A DNA stretch of 64,000 bases from Eledone cirrhosa. Its lineage: Eukaryota. Positions within the stretch are counted from its first letter, which is position 1. Every line of letters begins with the position of its first letter. The stretch covers positions 207,762,001 to 207,826,000 of the forward strand of contig OZ024740.1 of NCBI GenBank assembly GCA_964016885.1, in the 5' to 3' direction. The notes under the pieces are model-generated. The model was not told the DNA's origin and did not search any database. It saw only the letters and a list, made by a program, of their open reading frames with translations. The translations under genes and the position numbers were made by a program. Shown here piece after piece: positions 38,668-52,312 of the stretch.

Positions 38668-39276
38668 ATGGTGGCTGCCAACTCGTTTTCGAGTACGACC
38701 ACTACTTTATATCCATGTAGGAGAACCTCTACCGATGCGCTGAACGAGTGTGACTTTTTAGTCCAGCCAGCGACTTGAAAACTCTGGTACAAACACTACA
38801 CTTGTGACAATTATTGACACACAGTGCTGGGCCCATGGTACCATGTGACGACAAGTGCAGAGAGATCTCCAGATATAAAGCAATGCCTGTGCCGTGAAGC
38901 TTTTATAGTGAGCAAAGGCACTGCACAAAGCCAGTCCCACTCTCTTAACCAAGATGATATTTACCAAAAAGAAGAACAAGTCAATATCATTGGATACCAT
39001 CAGGGTTGCAGGTGTTACATCAGAGTTTTCCTTCTCCTAGAATTCTGCCTTGACAAAGGCTAAGGGGGCCTCTCTCCCGGTGATTTTGGATGGCCATTGA
39101 CTCTTAAGAGCTCCTTTGCTCTTTGACAGGTTTTGTTTTTAGTGCTGCAGGATGTCCAAAGTCACCCTCCTCACCAAGAAACCTTGATGGGGTTGCCAGT
39201 TTAGTCGCCAACGACCTGACCATGAAACAGGTTGTACTGGGATACATGTTACCAGTAGCACCAACCGGTGACCTGA
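38668..39276 (-). mobile_element. ~600-bp bipartite non-autonomous RTE element
   Basis: Reverse-strand copy of 19166-19766; a 5' fragment also lies at 54720-54907. Confidence 0.85.
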
Positions 39277-40054
39277 AATACTATACATACATATATACAT
39301 ACATGTGTATGTTGTATGTATGTATGGATGTATGTATGCATGTGTGTATGTATGCATGTACGTATGTATATATATATATACATACGTACATGCATACATA
39401 CATACAAACATGCATACATACATCCATACATACATGCATACATACAGCATACACACACACATACATACTTACATACATAGGTATTTTACTCAAATATATC
39501 CAGACACTGACATAAAAAGCGAATCAGTGCAAAATATTTGTCCAATGGAGCGGTAAACGTGTTCGATAGATTTCTGGTTGATGTGAAATTTAGCAGCAGG
39601 TGCCACTGCTTATATGTACAGATCAAATTACAATACATACATAAATACATACATACATACATACATACATACATACATACATACATACATACATACACAC
39701 ACACACATACACACACACACACACACACATACATACATACATACATACATACATACATACATACATACATACATACATACATACATACACATATGTATAC
39801 ATAAAAATATGAAAGAGTACTGGTGGAATGTTCCAGTAAAAACCCCCAATAAAATACAGGCATACAGACCAGATATAATGATATAATGATGTGAGACAGG
39901 GAAGAGAAGGCACGCACATTAGTGGAAGTTAGCTGCCCAGCAGATGCCAATATAATATCAAAGATTAGCGAAAAGGAGAATATTTATGCAGAACTAATGA
40001 GAAATCTGCCGATACTCCACCCTGATTATACCTTCAGATTTATACCTCTGATTA

Positions 40055-41526
40055 CACCGTGTAACAAACATTTTTTTTCTCTGTAATCACTTTTTTGTGT
40101 TGCTTTGGTCCCAAATAAATTTAAAAAAAGTGCTATTAAACAGTTAAAAGTTTGGGTTTGTAAAAATTCTAAGCTATTCACTAGAATTATTTGTATGCTG
40201 GATTTTACGTTGTATGTAAGTTTAATTTGCTTATGTTAAATGATTTTTTTTTTATATATGTTTCAGGTTAAATTAAAATTATAAAATAAAGAGTAATACC
40301 TAAAGAAAATTATAAAAGTGCAATAAAGTATAAACTTGTTAAAAAGTGGATTAAAGAGATTTATTGATACTGGATTTTCGCACACTGAATAAAGGGTAAG
40401 TTGTTTTTTAAGCATTCGTCTCCAGGATGAAGCAGTAGAACTTGGTCAAGGAGGAAGTGCAGGTGACAAGTCAGAGAAGTCGACACGAACTTTTCTCAGG
40501 CTTTTACACTCTTAGGATGGCCCCTGCTTCTGCCATGACGTGCCTGGACTGTTTGACGTTATTGGGGTGCCGTTTGTGCTCAAGGAGTGGCGGCTATTTA
40601 TAGACAGCTCCGCCACAAGTTTGAAGGCTGTCTTCCTCCACAATGGAAATACGTTCCTGACACTGCCCCTAGCTCATTCAGTCTGCCTGAAGAAAGAATA
40701 CTACAGTGTGAAAGTTCTCTTGGAAGCTCTGCAATACAACCAGTACAATTGGGAAATCATTGGAGACTTCAAGATGGTGGCTTTCCTGCTTGGACTCCAA
40801 GGAGGCTTTATCAAATTGCAATGCTTCCTCTGCCTTTGGGACAGCAAAGCCACCTCTGAACACTACAAAAGAAAGAACTGGGAGCAGCGAACAGAATTTG
40901 TAGTTGGGACTCGGAATGTCATGTGGGAGCCACTGGTTGATCCCAGGATTGTGTTCATGCCGCCACTGCACATTAAGTTGGGGTTGATGAAGCAGTTTGT
41001 GAAGGCTCTCAACCAAGAATCAGCCGCTTTTAAGTACCTTCTTGAGTTCTTCCCCAAGTTATCTGAGGCCAAAATCAAAGGTGGAATTTTTGTTGGACCT
41101 CAGATAAAGAAGGTGTTTGAGTCTACCGAGTTCTCCAATAAGCTCAATAGGATTGAGAGAACAGCATGGAACTGTTTCAAGGCAGTTGTTAAGGGCTTCC
41201 CGGGTAACTACAGAGCTGAAAACTACCAGCAACTGGTGCAGGATCTGATAAAGGCTTTTGGCGCCATGGGATGCAAGATGTCGCTTAAACTCCATGTGCT
41301 GGACGCTCACCTGGAAAAATTCAAGGACTATATGGGCGCTTACTCAGAAGAACAAGGCGAACGATTCCACCAAGATGTGAAAGAGATAGAGCGGAGGTAC
41401 CAGGGCCACTACAATGAAAATATGATGGGGGACTATATCTGGGGGCTAGTGCGGGAATGCGACCTGGACTACTACCGCAAATCCAGGAAATACAGTCATT
41501 TCTGAACCAAATTATGTTACACGTTG
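40055..41526 (+). mobile_element. Chapaev3-type DNA transposon (internally deleted)
   Basis: TIRs CACCGTGTAACA / TGTTACACGTTG, 3-bp TTA TSD. Confidence 0.8.
40540..41505 (+). CDS. Chapaev3-like transposase, C-terminal catalytic part
   Basis: WRLFIDSS, GDFKMVAFLLGLQ, CFLCLWDS, PPLHIKLGLMKQFVKA, MSLKLH, SEEQGERFHQD, RYQG; the N-terminus is missing or disrupted. Confidence 0.85.
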   Translation: MPGLFDVIGVPFVLKEWRLFIDSSATSLKAVFLHNGNTFLTLPLAHSVCLKKEYYSVKVLLEALQYNQYNWEIIGDFKMVAFLLGLQGGFIKLQCFLCLWDSKATSEHYKRKNWEQRTEFVVGTRNVMWEPLVDPRIVFMPPLHIKLGLMKQFVKALNQESAAFKYLLEFFPKLSEAKIKGGIFVGPQIKKVFESTEFSNKLNRIERTAWNCFKAVVKGFPGNYRAENYQQLVQDLIKAFGAMGCKMSLKLHVLDAHLEKFKDYMGAYSEEQGERFHQDVKEIERRYQGHYNENMMGDYIWGLVRECDLDYYRKSRKYSHF

Positions 41527-41912
41527 TTATTGGGGCTCTGGGATATGTTAGTAACTGCATCAATACAAACCTTGAAAAGCTGGGCTTCACTGAAACAGAC
41601 AGAACACGACTAGTTAGGAAATTACAAGTACAATCCATTAATTGAACAGTAAAAATATATAAAACATTCCAAAATTTCTGCATTTAATAACTGCATATAC
41701 ACATGTACAGATACAAAGCATATACACATGCACACATACAACTAAAAACATCCACATCCACACATACAATAACATCCATATCTACATATGCATGCAGACA
41801 TAATCTACCTAGTTGATGTTGTGTAAATTCCAATGAGAGAGTCTTGTGTCTATGTTAGAAACCGACTCTCTGTCTATTGTGAAAAAATTTGTGAAATTAT
41901 AGAACCAGAAGA

Positions 41913-41950
<38 letters not shown>

Positions 41951-42414
41951 GCATACATACTTACATACAAACATGCATGCATACATACATACATCCATAC
42001 ATATATGCATACATATATACATACATACACACGCATACGCACATACACACACACACGCATACACACATACACACACACAAATGAAATTGCATCTGTTTGT
42101 ACAAGGTATAATATGTCCTGTGATATCTAATATACTGTATCCCATTTTCGATTTTCTATCTATTTCACTTTTTTTTGTAATTCTATCTCCCTCCCTTTCT
42201 ATGTTACCCACTCTCTGTGTTTTTCCCCTGTATGTCCTGCTTAAGTTTCGAATGTGATGGTGTCTGTAGTAGTATAAACGTATCTTTAGACCTCCATTTT
42301 CTCATGATAACGATCTTATAATAGTCTAAAACACATTAACTTATGTACGACGGCAAATTAGAAGTCATTAAAACGTCGGATTAAAGACCTCGTAGTATTT
42401 GTTCAAGTTCTAAA

Positions 42415-42610
42415 ACGGTATGACCATCTTCCCGTTCTGGGATGCCACATGCAGCGACAATTTCTTCAGCGGCAACCTGGTGCAATCTGCGACTAATCTA
42501 GACTCTGCTGTCGAGGACAGTAAGCTCTCCAAATATCAGTCGCTCTCCGATTGGTTTGCGGTCGAACCCGTAGCAGTGGATAGAGACTTCTGGTGCCCTT
42601 CGCTCTAGGA
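42415..42610 (+). mobile_element. CRE-like non-LTR restriction-like endonuclease fragment
   Basis: WDATCSD..AVEDSKLSKYQSL..F.VEPVAV(ETSG) motif. Confidence 0.6.
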
Positions 42611-42730
42611 CCACCATCCTACTCACCACCATCTTTTTCTTACTATAGTTTTAGCACTTATATTTCTGTCATATGTAGACTTAGCACTTTCCTGTAAACA
42701 AGTGCTATTATGCCTCTTATCATGTTACCT

Positions 42731-42800
42731 TATTTAATCTGATGAGAACACAATTTTTGTCCCAGGTTGATTTTGTATTCGAAATGCGCATAATAAAATA
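42731..42800 (+). ncRNA. Type I hammerhead ribozyme
   Basis: tatttaat CTGATGA gaacacaa...ttgtattc GAAA tgcgca TA^ ataaaata; palindromic stem III. Confidence 0.72.
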
Positions 42801-42990
42801 TATGGAACTCTTTTAACCATCTTTTAATTCCTCTTTATTATATATACTCCAATTATACCAACTGTTGAGTGCTACTTATCAGAAATATGCATAATTTTAT
42901 TGTTCTACAATATTACTCACCTTCTACATATATATAATAAAACATATATTTTGATTATGTGAATGTCTTCATTTATTAATATTCTGAATA

Positions 42991-43088
<98 letters not shown>

Positions 43089-45311
43089 ATATATGTGTGT
43101 ATATATATATGTGTGCATATATATATGTATATATATATGTGTATGTATGTATGTGTGTATATATATGTTTGTGTGTGTATATATATATATGAACATACTT
43201 TATAGTATATTGCTCTGATTGTTGGTTATTTAATTAATTAATTCGTCATTGAGCCACATCGTGAATGGTTGCCAAAAACATATATAAATATATATATGAC
43301 TTTGTCTAGTTTGTGTATATGTAAATATTTATATTTGATAATCTCCCATAAGGTTGAGATGCAATTTAGGCAATATTAGGCTGCACTTTCTAGCAACGAA
43401 CCCACTCGCCGTAAGGCACCAATCACATTCTTTCTGACTTGACCACTGCCACATCACAGTTCTTAGCCATTTTGAATTCGTTTCTGGCAAAAAATGTTCG
43501 TCCAAGTGAGTTTGTTTCCTGATGATTTCGAAGCTCGTGAATTTATCCTTGATCGGATATTTCCAAAAGCGAATGAAAACCCATGGGGTAGAAACGTAAT
43601 CTTGGTATGTTTATATACATTTTTTCTTCTAACTTTAATTTTATACCTAATTCTGTATGGCTGACGATATATTTAATCGATTTCCACGTGCTATTGAAAT
43701 GCTGGGTAAATATTCTATAGATTTTGATCGCGATTGTCGTTTATTTATCTATTATTTCTTCATAGGTGCCTTTTAATCTTATAGCCTGGTTTAATTGGTT
43801 TTTTGTGTGGTTGATTATGCAGATTGGGAGAGGAGATGGTGTATATATCTTATCAAATGATTCTATGGACATACTTTATAGTATATATATATATATATAT
43901 ATATATTGGTAAACGGAATAGAAAATGCTGACAAATTGTTCACAGTTGAAAAATGGTTTAATTAGGAATAAAAGAGTATTAGTGATTGTATGGGTTAGTA
44001 TTCAGTTGTGGTTTTAAGTTTTTAAGTTTTTACCGGTTGCGCATTTCTAAATGCTTTTCAAAAATAATTTTGAGATAGTGTCCGTGCTGTTTGCTCTGAT
44101 CTGATTAGTTTTGGGAATTCTACCTGTTTTTATAAAAACAGGTAGAATTCCCAAAACTATTGGTAAAGAATCGAGTTCCACATTCATAGGCTCTGGGTTC
44201 CATATTCAGAGGTCGTCGTTAGACCGGGGGGATCATTTGATCCTGGTTTGAACACCAATTGGGCCATAACCATACCCCTATTTCATCATTCGGCGACACG
44301 CCTCATGTGTCATGCATAATGTGAATAGACCCATGGGCCCATGAGCACAGATCTTGAGCAGCAGCGGACGGTCTTGTCGCCCCGCTCATCCTTGATCTTG
44401 ACCAACCCGTCCATCTTCTCCTTGCATCTTGTCCTTGAATTCAAGTCCGGCAGTCCGGATGAATGCGTGCCACAGCTTTCTGGTACAGGAAGGGGGAGCA
44501 GGAGGACTGGGGGGATGACGGGACAGAGGGAGGGAGGACCGGTGGTTGAGGGAGGTGCCGTAGTCGGTGGTCAGAGTCGACATCTTGTCTCGGTCGTCTT
44601 CTCCATCTTCGTCTGGTGTTGCGGGACCAGAAGTGCATTCTTGGAGGAGACCTGCAGCTGCATCGGCCAATTCTTCTTGCAATGGTCATTCTAACGGAGC
44701 AGAACTGCTCAGCCAACCAAACTCAACCAGAACCAACCGCTCAGGGGCAACGCACAATGAGAGCATGACAATTATTATGCACTAATCAAGAAGATACTGG
44801 GGCATAGCACAGGAAACGAATAAAAAAATTTTGCCACTAATATTATTGTAAAATTTTTTATTTCTTGTCCAATTCTTTAAAGTTTTATCTTAGTTTCTTG
44901 TCCTATTCTTTTAAAGTTTTATCTTAGTTTCTTGTCCTATTCTTTTAAAGTTTTATTTTAGTTTCTCGTCCTGTATTTTTAAAGGTTTATATTCCAACAA
45001 TATTACTTTTTTTTGCTGTACGCATTTTTCTATCTGGTCTACTATTTTTTAAATCAATGCAAGCAACAACTATCTAATAATTAAATGATCATAGTGAATT
45101 ACTGACAAGTGATTGACATTTTAAAGTTCTTTTGACTATAATTGCAATCTAGTTGAGGCAACTGGCTTAATGACAAAGCTAGTAAATCATGAATGCATTT
45201 GAGATGATTAGTGCATAATAGTGAATTTGTGAAACTTGTGCATTTCAATGGTGTTACAACAATAGATGTAAGTTATATAGTAGTAATACTTTATCATTTT
45301 AACTTTTTAGA

Positions 45312-45671
45312 ATGGACAAAAACCCATGCAAAGAAATGACTTTGACTGCAGTGATTCTCTCCAATTTACTTACAAAGCAAAACGTGGTCAAATACCTTAT
45401 CATCTCTGATAAAATTCCCATTGAATCACTGAAAATCGGATGCATGGAATTCCTCATAAAATGCGCCTATAAATCGGAAGCCATCACATATATCAATGGA
45501 TATAGGGAGTTGTTCACACTGGAAGACTATCACTTCATTTGTGACTTCATCAATTATCTCCACGATTATCTCAGACACCCAATGCCATTGATGAGAGGTG
45601 ATCCAATGTGTGAGCATGTAACTAATCTTATAGAAGTATTTATCGACCACCTGGCTTTTAGTGACATATGA
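45312..45671 (+). CDS. Uncharacterised 119-aa ORF or terminal exon
   Basis: Complex (non-repeat) open frame in AT-rich DNA, preceded by tttaactttttag; no family recognised. Confidence 0.35.
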   Translation: MDKNPCKEMTLTAVILSNLLTKQNVVKYLIISDKIPIESLKIGCMEFLIKCAYKSEAITYINGYRELFTLEDYHFICDFINYLHDYLRHPMPLMRGDPMCEHVTNLIEVFIDHLAFSDI

Positions 45672-46357
45672 CTGATTTTACTGATAATGATGTATTTTTA
45701 AAAAGTATGTGTACATTCTTGTTACTATTTTAAGGCAATGCAAGCAACAACTATTTAATAAAATTTAAATTTAAAAATGACCATTGTGCATTACTAGTAT
45801 GATGACATTTTATTAAGTCACAAAATTAGTCAGTCAGCGATAGAACAAGGATCAGGTGGCAAAAACATTGGCAAATATTTGTGTCAATTTAAGATTTCCA
45901 ACATTTTTCAAATGAATCATATCTGGTTTGAAGTCAGATTTGTCAAATTTTGACCAATTTTCAACGTTGTGAAGATTGGGCAAGTTCAATTTTTGAATCA
46001 TTTCTTTCATGCAGTAATTAAACTTTTCCAAACGTCGTCATTTCTGGATTACCTCCCCTAGCGTCACGCTTACTACTCACGCACTTGAACACAAGATTTA
46101 TCAGCAAACTTTGATTATAAACTTTTTCCCGCTGGACCAAATTTCTAGATTTTTAAGCCAAAAGATGCGTAATGATCATATAAGTTTTATCTCAGTTAAA
46201 TAAAGTAGAGCCGCGCTGTACTGTCGTAAACAGACGATTGCCAACGAAAACACGACCACAACAATATTACTAAACGGACTACCGTCCGTTTAGGATGAAG
46301 TAATTCCGTCGGAAAAGTAATTCCAACGTCAATAATTGCCTTATGTTGTTTATTACA

Positions 46358-46492
<135 letters not shown>

Positions 46493-46561
46493 AAATGTGT
46501 GTAATCCTTGGTACAGTTAGGTATATTAAGACAGGGGGAAGAAAAAAATGGCTTCACTTGT

Positions 46562-47200
46562 GCTTTCAACAAATTTATTTTCTTCACAAAATCCCCAAAG
46601 AATTTTTTTCCGGATTAGAAAAAATAAAAAAAAATAAAGTTTTTTATAAATTGAGTCGTTGGTTGTTGGTTAGGTCTTAGGAGTTCTTGGTTAACGTAGG
46701 AGGTATTGTTTCGTTTTCAGAAAGACCTTTCACGCTGAGGTGCGCTTGTCAAACTGATGTGTATGTGGTGTGTTGTTCTATATATAGGGATTTAACATGT
46801 TTGTGGTGCGGTGGGGTTTTTTTTCTCGCCCTTTAATAAGTGTAGGGGTGTAGGTGTGTTGAAAAAATGTTAATAGCAGTAATGAGTTGAGACAGTGAGT
46901 AGGTTTGGGTGGGGAGAAATGTAGCAAGCGCGGCCTGCCCCGGTCATTCTCGAAAAATTCCTTTATTCAGGAGGAAAAGCTTTTAGTATTCCTTTGTACG
47001 GAAAATGGTCATAGGCAAACCGCACCTGCCAAGCTTGAAAACAATTATTTTTTTCTGAAGAATTTTTCTACGTCCATCCCAAAATTAGTCCTTTGTTCAA
47101 CACACACATATGTGCGTATATACGTACATACACACGGGTATATGTAGGAATATATAGGCACACACCATCAATCACACACCCATGTAAATATATATCCACA
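46562..47200 (+). repeat. Left arm of a ~630-bp inverted repeat
   Basis: Reverse complement of ~48270-48898; ORFs 46905-47147(+) and 48315-48569(-) are near-identical. Confidence 0.88.
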
Positions 47201-47374
47201 TACATACATAAAAACATATAAAGACACATATAAAAACACATATACACATACGTACACACACGAATATGTACTCATACCTCCACATGGGTATATATATATA
47301 TATATATATACATACATATACATATATATACACACATAAAGATACATAACTAAATATACATATATACACATACA

Positions 47375-47434
<60 letters not shown>

Positions 47435-47529
47435 TACACACACACACACATATACATATGTCCGTATATATATACATCCGTTCACACATACATGCATACA
47501 CACACACATATATATATAGAGAGAGAGGC

Positions 47530-47580
<51 letters not shown>

Positions 47581-47617
47581 AACACATACAGACGCATAGA
47601 CACATATACACATATAT

Positions 47618-47686
<69 letters not shown>

Positions 47687-47789
47687 AACACATACATACA
47701 CACATACATACACATACATCATATACATACATATATATATATATACATATACATACATATATTCATGTGTACACATAAGAAGAGGGGGG

Positions 47790-48160
47790 GGGGGTTAGTG
47801 AAATGGAATTTTACCTCCGAGTGTTAATTCATTTTTTCGTGTTCAGTAGTGGTTTAAATTTTTCAATGAAGAATTCTTCTTTATATCTGCGGAAATATTT
47901 GTTATCCGACCATATCTTGAAGAAAGGCAAGATTGTGAATATTCCCTTCCCGCATGATGCAAAGTGTGCGCTACATGTGGTATTTCTGACTGTGGGGTCT
48001 TTAATTTGTTGTTTATGTACCCGGACTCTATCATGTAGTCCCGTTCTGGTTTCCCCAATGTAATACTCTTTACACTGTGGACATGTTGCGCAATATATTA
48101 GGTTTTTCGTTTTGCAGTTCATGTTTGCATTTTCCTTGAAATTTACAATACCTCCGAGCA
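47790..48160 (-). mobile_element. Penelope-like GIY-YIG fragment
   Basis: NLIYCATCPQCKEYYIGETRTGLHDRVRVHKQQI...FKPLLN. Confidence 0.85.
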
Positions 48161-48269
48161 GATCTTTAGCCGAAAATCGCAAACGAAGAAGCCAAGGACC
48201 CACAAGGAAGTCTATACAGATTATTGAATCAGCAAGAACAAATGCTGAAAGAGCACATCAGTGAAATAA

Positions 48270-51013
48270 TATGTGGATGTGTATGTACATGGGTGTGTGA
48301 TTGATGGTGTGTGCTTATATATTTCTACATATGCCCGTGTGTGTATGTACGTATATACGCACATATGTGTGTGTTGAACAAAGGACTAATTTTGGGATGG
48401 ACGTAGAAAAATTCTTCAGAAAAAAATAATTGTTTACAAGCTTGGCAGGTGCGGTTTGCCTATGACCATTTTCGATACAAAGGAATACTAAAAGCTTTTT
48501 CCCCTGAATAAAGGAATTTTTCGAGAATGACCGGGGCAGGCCGCGCTTGCTACATTTCTCCCCACCCAACCCTACTCACTGTCTCAACTCATTACTGCTA
48601 TTAACATTTTTTCAACACACCTACACCCCTACACTTATTAAAGGGGGAGAAAAACCCCCCACCGCACCACAAACATGTTAAATCCCTATATATAGAACAA
48701 CACACCACATACACATCAGTTTGACAAGCGCACCTCAGCCTGAAAGGTCTTTCTAAAAACGAAACAATACCTCCTACGTTAACCAAGAACTCCTAAGACC
48801 TAACCAACAACCAACGACTCAATTTATAAAAAATTTTTTTTTTTTTTTTTTTCTAATCCGGAAAAAAATTCTTTTTGGATTTTGTGAAAAAAATAAATAA
48901 AGAACGGGAAAAAACGAATATAATACGTCATTAATAGGAGCGGTGAAAAACAATTACGCGCAAAGACAGAACCACGTTTATGGTATAAAAGAGGTCGTAG
49001 ACTAATGTTCTCTTAGGTGGTGCATAGAGACGTTCTCTGGCAATGAACGAAAAAAACGAAGATAATACGTCATGTGTGGAGCGTGGAGAACAATAGCACG
49101 CAAAGACAAAACCACATAAATGGTATAGCAGAAGTAGACTAAATTCTAACTAGGAGACCGAATGAATCTCCGCTACGGAGTGAAGAACAAAGTAAATAAA
49201 TACAATACAGAAGTAATAGAAATAAATAAATACATACACGCAAACAAATACGTACATACACAAGCATACGCAAAAACTTACCATAGGTAAACAAAACCAC
49301 GCACACATAAATATGTGTGTGTGTGTAAGCGTGTATACAAATAAATAAATAATTATATAAACGTATATAAATAAATAAATACGTATATAACAAGCGCACA
49401 CACATACCTACATGTAAATACACGAATGTTCGGAGACGTAAGTCAACCAAAACATGAAGTACACATATACACACGCCCTACATACGTACGAACCTGCATA
49501 CTCACACAGACGCAAAACTCCCGTATACACATAGCCGAACCATATGTACCAGAATATATAAAAAAATTGTACGCCATAACAATCAAATATACGTACGAGA
49601 AGGTATACGTACCTTCACAAAACATACGGATAATATATACTTACCTATGCAAATAAGTAAAGGTATAAACAAAACATATACTTAGCTCCCACATCGAGAC
49701 GTAAAATATCCACGTATAGATCGTACTATCCGTTAGGGTATAACGTGGGGCTGTAATACAGGAAAGTTTTGTGCAATTTATGTTTACAAGCCGAAATTGC
49801 CTCAGATTTTTTGTTTAAGATGTGGTCTGTGGCGTAGACTATTTCCAGGGTCTCAGCGGCGCAGAGGTCACATGGTCTTTTATTTCCGTTATACGATCTA
49901 GCCCTAGCTAGGATCTCCCAGTGTAACTTATATTGGGTGTGGTTGTCTTTTAGACTCCAGATATAAGCTGAAAGTGACGTCATATTCCTTCTTAGAGGGT
50001 AACGAAAAGAATGGGTATGCATGTAAAGACGCTGCTTGAATCTATTGGCGGTTAACCCTATGTAGGCCCTACGGGACGTGGGTGTTACAACCTTACATTT
50101 GTAGACAATGTTATTAGAGAGGCATTTCCCGGATAGGGGGCAATCAACCCGATTCCTACAATTACAGTTAGTACTAACTACAGGGTTGCACGTGTTCCTA
50201 CGGCTAGGTAGTTTAGCTAAATTTGAAGCTGTGATGTTATGTGCAAGGTTAGGAGTCGTAGAGTAAGACATTTTAATAGTATTTCTATTAAAAATTTTAC
50301 TATATTTATGTGTAGGGGGAAAATGCTTCGTAATAAGGGAAAGAAAGATCTTAGCTAATGGTGTGGCCACCTCCATATTATATGGTGGGTTATACAAACA
50401 AATGCGACGGGATCTATTTCTTCTGGGTCTATTTTCGTACTCTGTATGAGCTACCTTATCGACAAATCCACTTCGAGCAAGAGCTTCATTGTAATAAGTG
50501 GAATGGTCGTTGAAAATACGCTCGTTGGTGGAAAGACGGGAAAGCCTCAACGAAACGTTTCTTACCAGGTTCTTGGTTATGCTGGCAGGATGGTTGGAAT
50601 GCTTACTTATATAATTAAGCGTATCATTCGGCTTTCTATACGGGTAATACAACCCATTCAATAAGTTGAGGGTAACGTCGAGGTAATTAACGACCGAGAG
50701 ATTGGCCTCAACCTGTATAGAGAGGTTGAAGCTTTTAAAGAAGGCTGTGAGTTCTTTTCTGAACCTGTCGCAAGCACGAGGTCCGCACTTCGTCATGGTC
50801 AAAAGACCATCGTCACGGTACAAACCACCGCCCGCGTTGAGGAATTCGTCCTTGATAGAGAAAAGAAGGAAAAGGCCGATAAGATCAGTAACCTCGGCTT
50901 GTAAACATAAATTGCACAAAACTTTCCTGTATTACAGCCCCACGTTATACCCTAACGGATAGTACGATCTATGCGTGGATATTTTACGTCCCGATGTGGG
51001 AGCTAAGTATATG
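48270..51013 (-). mobile_element. 5'-truncated Penelope-like element with long 3' region and inverted 5' duplication
   Basis: ORF 49726-50900; 50894-51013 is the reverse complement of 49675-49794. Confidence 0.85.
49726..50900 (-). CDS. PLE RT C-terminal half + GIY-YIG endonuclease (open, 5'-truncated)
   Basis: GLYRDDGL, NYLDVTLNL, HSNHP, YNPPY, CNCR..CPL..CL, IVYKC..YIGLT..FKQR..H, CDLC. Confidence 0.88.
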
Positions 51014-51180
51014 CTACGTATTGAGTATTTTACTTTAACGCAGAATAACTTATATATATATCAAAACTGAGGGTTGCCCCCCTTGTCGAGTCCCACGTGG
51101 GTTTTGATAACGGTCAGCCTTTCGCTTGGCACTTGAACTAAAAGCCTGTTGAGAAAGTGACTACCTTGTTCAATCATCTT

Positions 51181-51257
<77 letters not shown>

Positions 51258-51291
51258 ATATATTTATATGTATGTATATATATATAACAGG

Positions 51292-51608
51292 GACGAATGG
51301 TTACTTCTTAATTACGTTTATTGGTTGGTGACGCGCATTTCGCTTTTGATCAGTTCAAGGTTCGATCTGTATCGATCTAGCCCGACTCTGTAATCAATGG
51401 CTGGTCGGACAACTTTTACTGACCAACAACATATGAACATTGGACTTTTTCGTACGTCATGTGTATTCATTCTGTCATTACCCCACGGAGGTCCGACGAG
51501 CCATTGATTAGAGAGTAGGGCTAGATCGATACAGATCGAACCTTGGACTGATCAATAGCGAAACGCGGTCACCAACCAATAAACATAATGAAGAAGTAAC
51601 CATTCGTC
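51292..51608. repeat. ~118-bp inverted repeat, each arm a degenerate hammerhead with long stem II
   Basis: + arm: ggt CCGACGA gccattgattag...ctgatcaatagc GAAA cgcgg TC^ acc. Confidence 0.65.
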
Positions 51609-51729
51609 TTTGTTTTATTATACTACACTCTGTCTAGCTCTACACCTCGATACCGACGTGAACCTAAACATCGAGTGCTCACCTGGGTGAACCTACAGTA
51701 TCTCTGCGTTATACTCCCTGGATATATAT

Positions 51730-52000
51730 ATCATCATCATCATCATCACCGTTTTACGTCTGTTCTTCCATGCTAGCATGGGTTAGACGGGTTGTTCTGT
51801 TGTGGGCAGTGTCTGGTCGGCTGACCATGCCTTGCTCATACAGGAACTGATTTTGGCTTGATTTCTACAGCTGGATGCCCTTCCTAACACCAACCCCATT
51901 TACAGTGAGTGGTGGGTGCTTTTTTGCCGTGGCACCTCCACAACCACCTTGCAGTGGGAGGGTGTGGGGGCATATTGTCTATATGCTTCAACTTGTACCC
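51730..52000 (-). mobile_element. SINE-like element with (ATG)n tail
   Basis: (cat)n then ccgttttacgtc..catgctagcatggg; ggatgcccttcctaac motif. Confidence 0.55.
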
Positions 52001-52032
52001 ATGGGAGGTCGGGTACTCTGTATTACTGCGTG

Positions 52033-52069
<37 letters not shown>

Positions 52070-52082
52070 TGTGTGTGTGTGT

Positions 52083-52168
52083 GAGTGTTCCAAAAAATGT
52101 ATACACCTGTACAGGCAATATCTATTTGAATGCTGTTAAGTGTGTATATATTTTTGGGGAACACCCTG
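52083..52168. mobile_element. Tiny Tc1/mariner-type MITE
   Basis: gagtgttccaaaaaatgtatacac / gtgtatatatttttggggaacaccctg-ta. Confidence 0.6.
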
Positions 52169-52209
<41 letters not shown>

Positions 52210-52257
52210 ATGTGTGTGTACATATGTGTGTATATACACATATACACACATACACCC

Positions 52258-52312
<55 letters not shown>

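Larger units (their letters stand above)
39805..41915 (+). mobile_element. 3' fragment of an R4/Dong-like RLE non-LTR element, split by a DNA transposon
   Basis: YWWNVPV..RPDIMI..LVEVSCPADANI..EKENIY..FIPLI | IGALGY rejoins across the insertion; PD-(D/E)xK-type; (CATA)n tail. Confidence 0.75.

Noticed and set aside
46262-46293. CAATATTAC next to a hairpin as a CRESS-DNA replication origin
   Set aside because: The nonamer is outside the loop, is imperfect, and no Rep ORF is present
48714-48775. TTGACAA...GAAAcaaTA as a U3-A8 hammerhead (mirror at ~46700)
   Set aside because: No stem I pairing across the cleavage site
51098-51168. TTGATAA...GAAAgtgacTA hammerhead candidate
   Set aside because: Stem I and stem II registers do not fit
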